This document shows, in pieces, positions 44,231-46,111 of a DNA stretch of 46,111 bases. Both the position numbers and the translations under genes were made by a program. Source of the DNA: Patescibacteria group bacterium. GTDB lineage: Bacteria > Patescibacteriota > Patescibacteriia > JAGVFQ01. Position 1 is the stretch's first letter; every line of letters starts with the position of its first letter. The DNA lies in NCBI GenBank assembly GCA_020057505.1, contig JAGVFQ010000066.1:1-46111 (forward strand). The letters run 5' to 3'. Under the pieces are notes generated by a model. The model saw only the letters and a list, made by a program, of their open reading frames with translations. It was not told the DNA's origin and ran no database searches.

Positions 44231-46111
44231 TCAAGGGGCTGTTAAACTAATAGGTCCGGCGGGGGCGCTAAGATTTCCATCCCAATCACGAGACTGAACG
44301 ATGAAGTAATACGTAACCCCAATGTCCAAACCTAAGGTTTGAGATGTGAGATTTCCGAGCACCGCGTGCCCGGTATAATCCCCCAGAGTTGTACCCCAGG
44401 ACAGATTGTAACCGGCGATGGTGTCCGTGTTTGGGTTCCAGGATAAGCTGGCGATATTGCCGCCGACGATTTCTCCAATGAAACCGGTCGGCATGTCAGG
44501 TCCGGATCCTCCTGCGCCGACAACTGGCACCGCGGTCACTTCCGCCGAGTAACCGCTTTCATTGCCGGAGCTGTCGTAGGCGGTCAGTGCGAAGAAATAT
44601 TCGGTGCCATTCACGAGACCGTCGACTTGGAAAGAAGTGCGATCGCCGAGATTTAGCGGAGTGCCATAAGCGCCCGACGACGTTCCGACGTAGAGATTAT
44701 AACCCCAGAGGTCGGCTTCGCCATTTGCAACCCACTGCAGGTCGACGAAACCATCGCCGGCGGCAGCGACGAGTCCTGTCGGCGGTGCGGGCGGTGTGGT
44801 ATCGCCGCCTCCCGCTTGCGGCGCCGCAGTGACTTCCGACGAATAACCGCTCTCGTTTGCTGAGATGTCAACGGCCGTGAGCACGATATAGTAAATCGTG
44901 CCGTTCACGAGATTGTTGATTTGGTATGTCGTAGCGGTGCCGCCGTTGATTGGCGCTCCGTAAACCCCAGGCGCCGTACCGAAACGGATATTGTAATGCG
45001 AAAAATCCGCTTCGATATTGGCGGACCAGGAGAGATTGATCTTCTGGTTGCCAGGTAGCGCGACGAGATTAACGGGTGGCGCGGGTGGCGTCGTATCGGG
45101 AACTGTACCGTTCGGAACTGCCGATCTCTCGATGGATTTCTCGCTCTCGTTGCCGGCGGTATCGACCGCAGAGACGGCAAAGAAATAGAGAGTGCCATCG
45201 GTTAATCCGGAAACGCGGCGGCTTGGCTGGGTGATATTGTTGACCACGTTCGGGTAAACGCCCGAGGACGTGCCCCAGTATAGATTGTAGCTCGCCAGGT
45301 CAGGTTCGAGATTGGCCGACCAGTACAGGTCAACGAGACTGCTTCCTGGCTGAGCGCTTAAGTTTTCAGGCCGCAACGGCGGAGTGACATCCGGATCCAG
45401 CGCGGGCTGAGCGTTTACCTCGTTTGAGTAGCCGCTTTGGTGATCGGCCTGATCATAGGCCGTGACTGCAAAAAAGTATTGCTGTCCATTCACCAAACCG
45501 ACGACATGATAAACACTCACATTGCCAACGACGGTGTGCGCCGTATAATTACCAGCGCTTGCGCCGCGATGAACAATGTAGCCGCCCAGATCCGGTTCGG
45601 CGTTGGTATTCCAAGCGAGATCAACCGCGCCATCGCGTGCTACGGCGACGAGCCCTGTTGGCGGCGCCGGCGGCAGATCGGCTTGCGGTCTGGCGCTGAC
45701 TTCAATGGAATTCCCGCTTTCGTTGCGATTCGGACTATTGTCATAGGCCGTTATCACGATGAAGTAGGTCGTGCCATTGGTCAAGCCTGAGAGCAAGTGA
45801 GTCGTTTGGTTGCCGACGTCGATCGGAGCGCCGTAGACGCCCGACGACGTGCCGTAATAAACACGGTAGCCGCCGAGATCCGCTTCAGCGTTTTCCGACC
45901 AACGAAGACTGATATTCCCATCGCCTGCGATCGCCACCAGATTAACTGGCGGCTGAGGAGGCGTAGTGTCGGGAATAATCCCGTTTGGTATCGCGCTCCG
46001 TTCGATTGAGAGTCCGCTCTGGTTACCGCTCGTATCTACGGCCAAGACAGCGAAGTAATATGACGTGCCGTTTGTGAGGCCCGTCACTTGCTGACTCGTA
46101 CCCGTGATGCC
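44231..46111 (-). CDS. fibronectin type III repeat protein (5' truncated by the window)
   Basis: At least six complete FN3 units plus one partial (PPAPP..L.A...W...GY..Y.G...GL.NG..Y.F...A.D..GNES); frame stays open to 46111. Confidence 0.9.
   Translation of the reverse strand, partial: GITGTSQQVTGLTNGTSYYFAVLAVDTSGNQSGLSIERSAIPNGIIPDTTPPQPPVNLVAIAGDGNISLRWSENAEADLGGYRVYYGTSSGVYGAPIDVGNQTTHLLSGLTNGTTYFIVITAYDNSPNRNESGNSIEVSARPQADLPPAPPTGLVAVARDGAVDLAWNTNAEPDLGGYIVHRGASAGNYTAHTVVGNVSVYHVVGLVNGQQYFFAVTAYDQADHQSGYSNEVNAQPALDPDVTPPLRPENLSAQPGSSLVDLYWSANLEPDLASYNLYWGTSSGVYPNVVNNITQPSRRVSGLTDGTLYFFAVSAVDTAGNESEKSIERSAVPNGTVPDTTPPAPPVNLVALPGNQKINLSWSANIEADFSHYNIRFGTAPGVYGAPINGGTATTYQINNLVNGTIYYIVLTAVDISANESGYSSEVTAAPQAGGGDTTPPAPPTGLVAAAGDGFVDLQWVANGEADLWGYNLYVGTSSGAYGTPLNLGDRTSFQVDGLVNGTEYFFALTAYDSSGNESGYSAEVTAVPVVGAGGSGPDMPTGFIGEIVGGNIASLSWNPNTDTIAGYNLSWGTTLGDYTGHAVLGNLTSQTLGLDIGVTYYFIVQSRDWDGNLSAPAGPISLTAP

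Noticed and set aside
1-46111. tRNA/rRNA genes or an alternative genetic code
   Set aside because: No cloverleaf or rRNA-like segment seen; conserved genes translate full length in the standard code.

Overview
AT-rich bacterial window. Gene content and style (DUF5667 anti-sigma, stand-alone PEP-utiliser domains, 'VYYYGADGKRYVFPNEKTY' surface domain, few Shine-Dalgarno sites, many short palindromic repeats) suggest Patescibacteria/CPR (inference; standard genetic code). Left end: toxin-like accessory genes (Fic, HEPN/MNT, NYN) around a split PEP-utilising phosphotransferase. Next come ctpA, murA and a PEGA protein. A large cell-surface locus follows: dTDP-rhamnose genes, GT-C-like membrane proteins, GT4/GT2, Uxs-like, GtrA, S8 protease, Ig-like protein, TPR, a 1245-aa S-layer-like protein, an ECF sigma/anti-sigma pair and a GC-rich FN3 repeat protein cut by the window edge. 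A + strand block (VTC/CYTH, methyltransferase, MBL hydrolase, Mmp11-like, FecR) interrupts the glycosylation genes. Top observations: (1) a methanogenesis-marker-11/TiaS-like gene behind a perfect promoter, leader peptide and terminator; (2) an NYN module flanked by a duplicated gene 3' end and carrying a convergent promoter-hairpin (candidate antisense sRNA); (3) palindromic repeats read in frame inside several proteins; (4) a 267-bp, ~96% identical domain shared by two surface proteins. All family calls come from motif recognition by eye; no searches were run.
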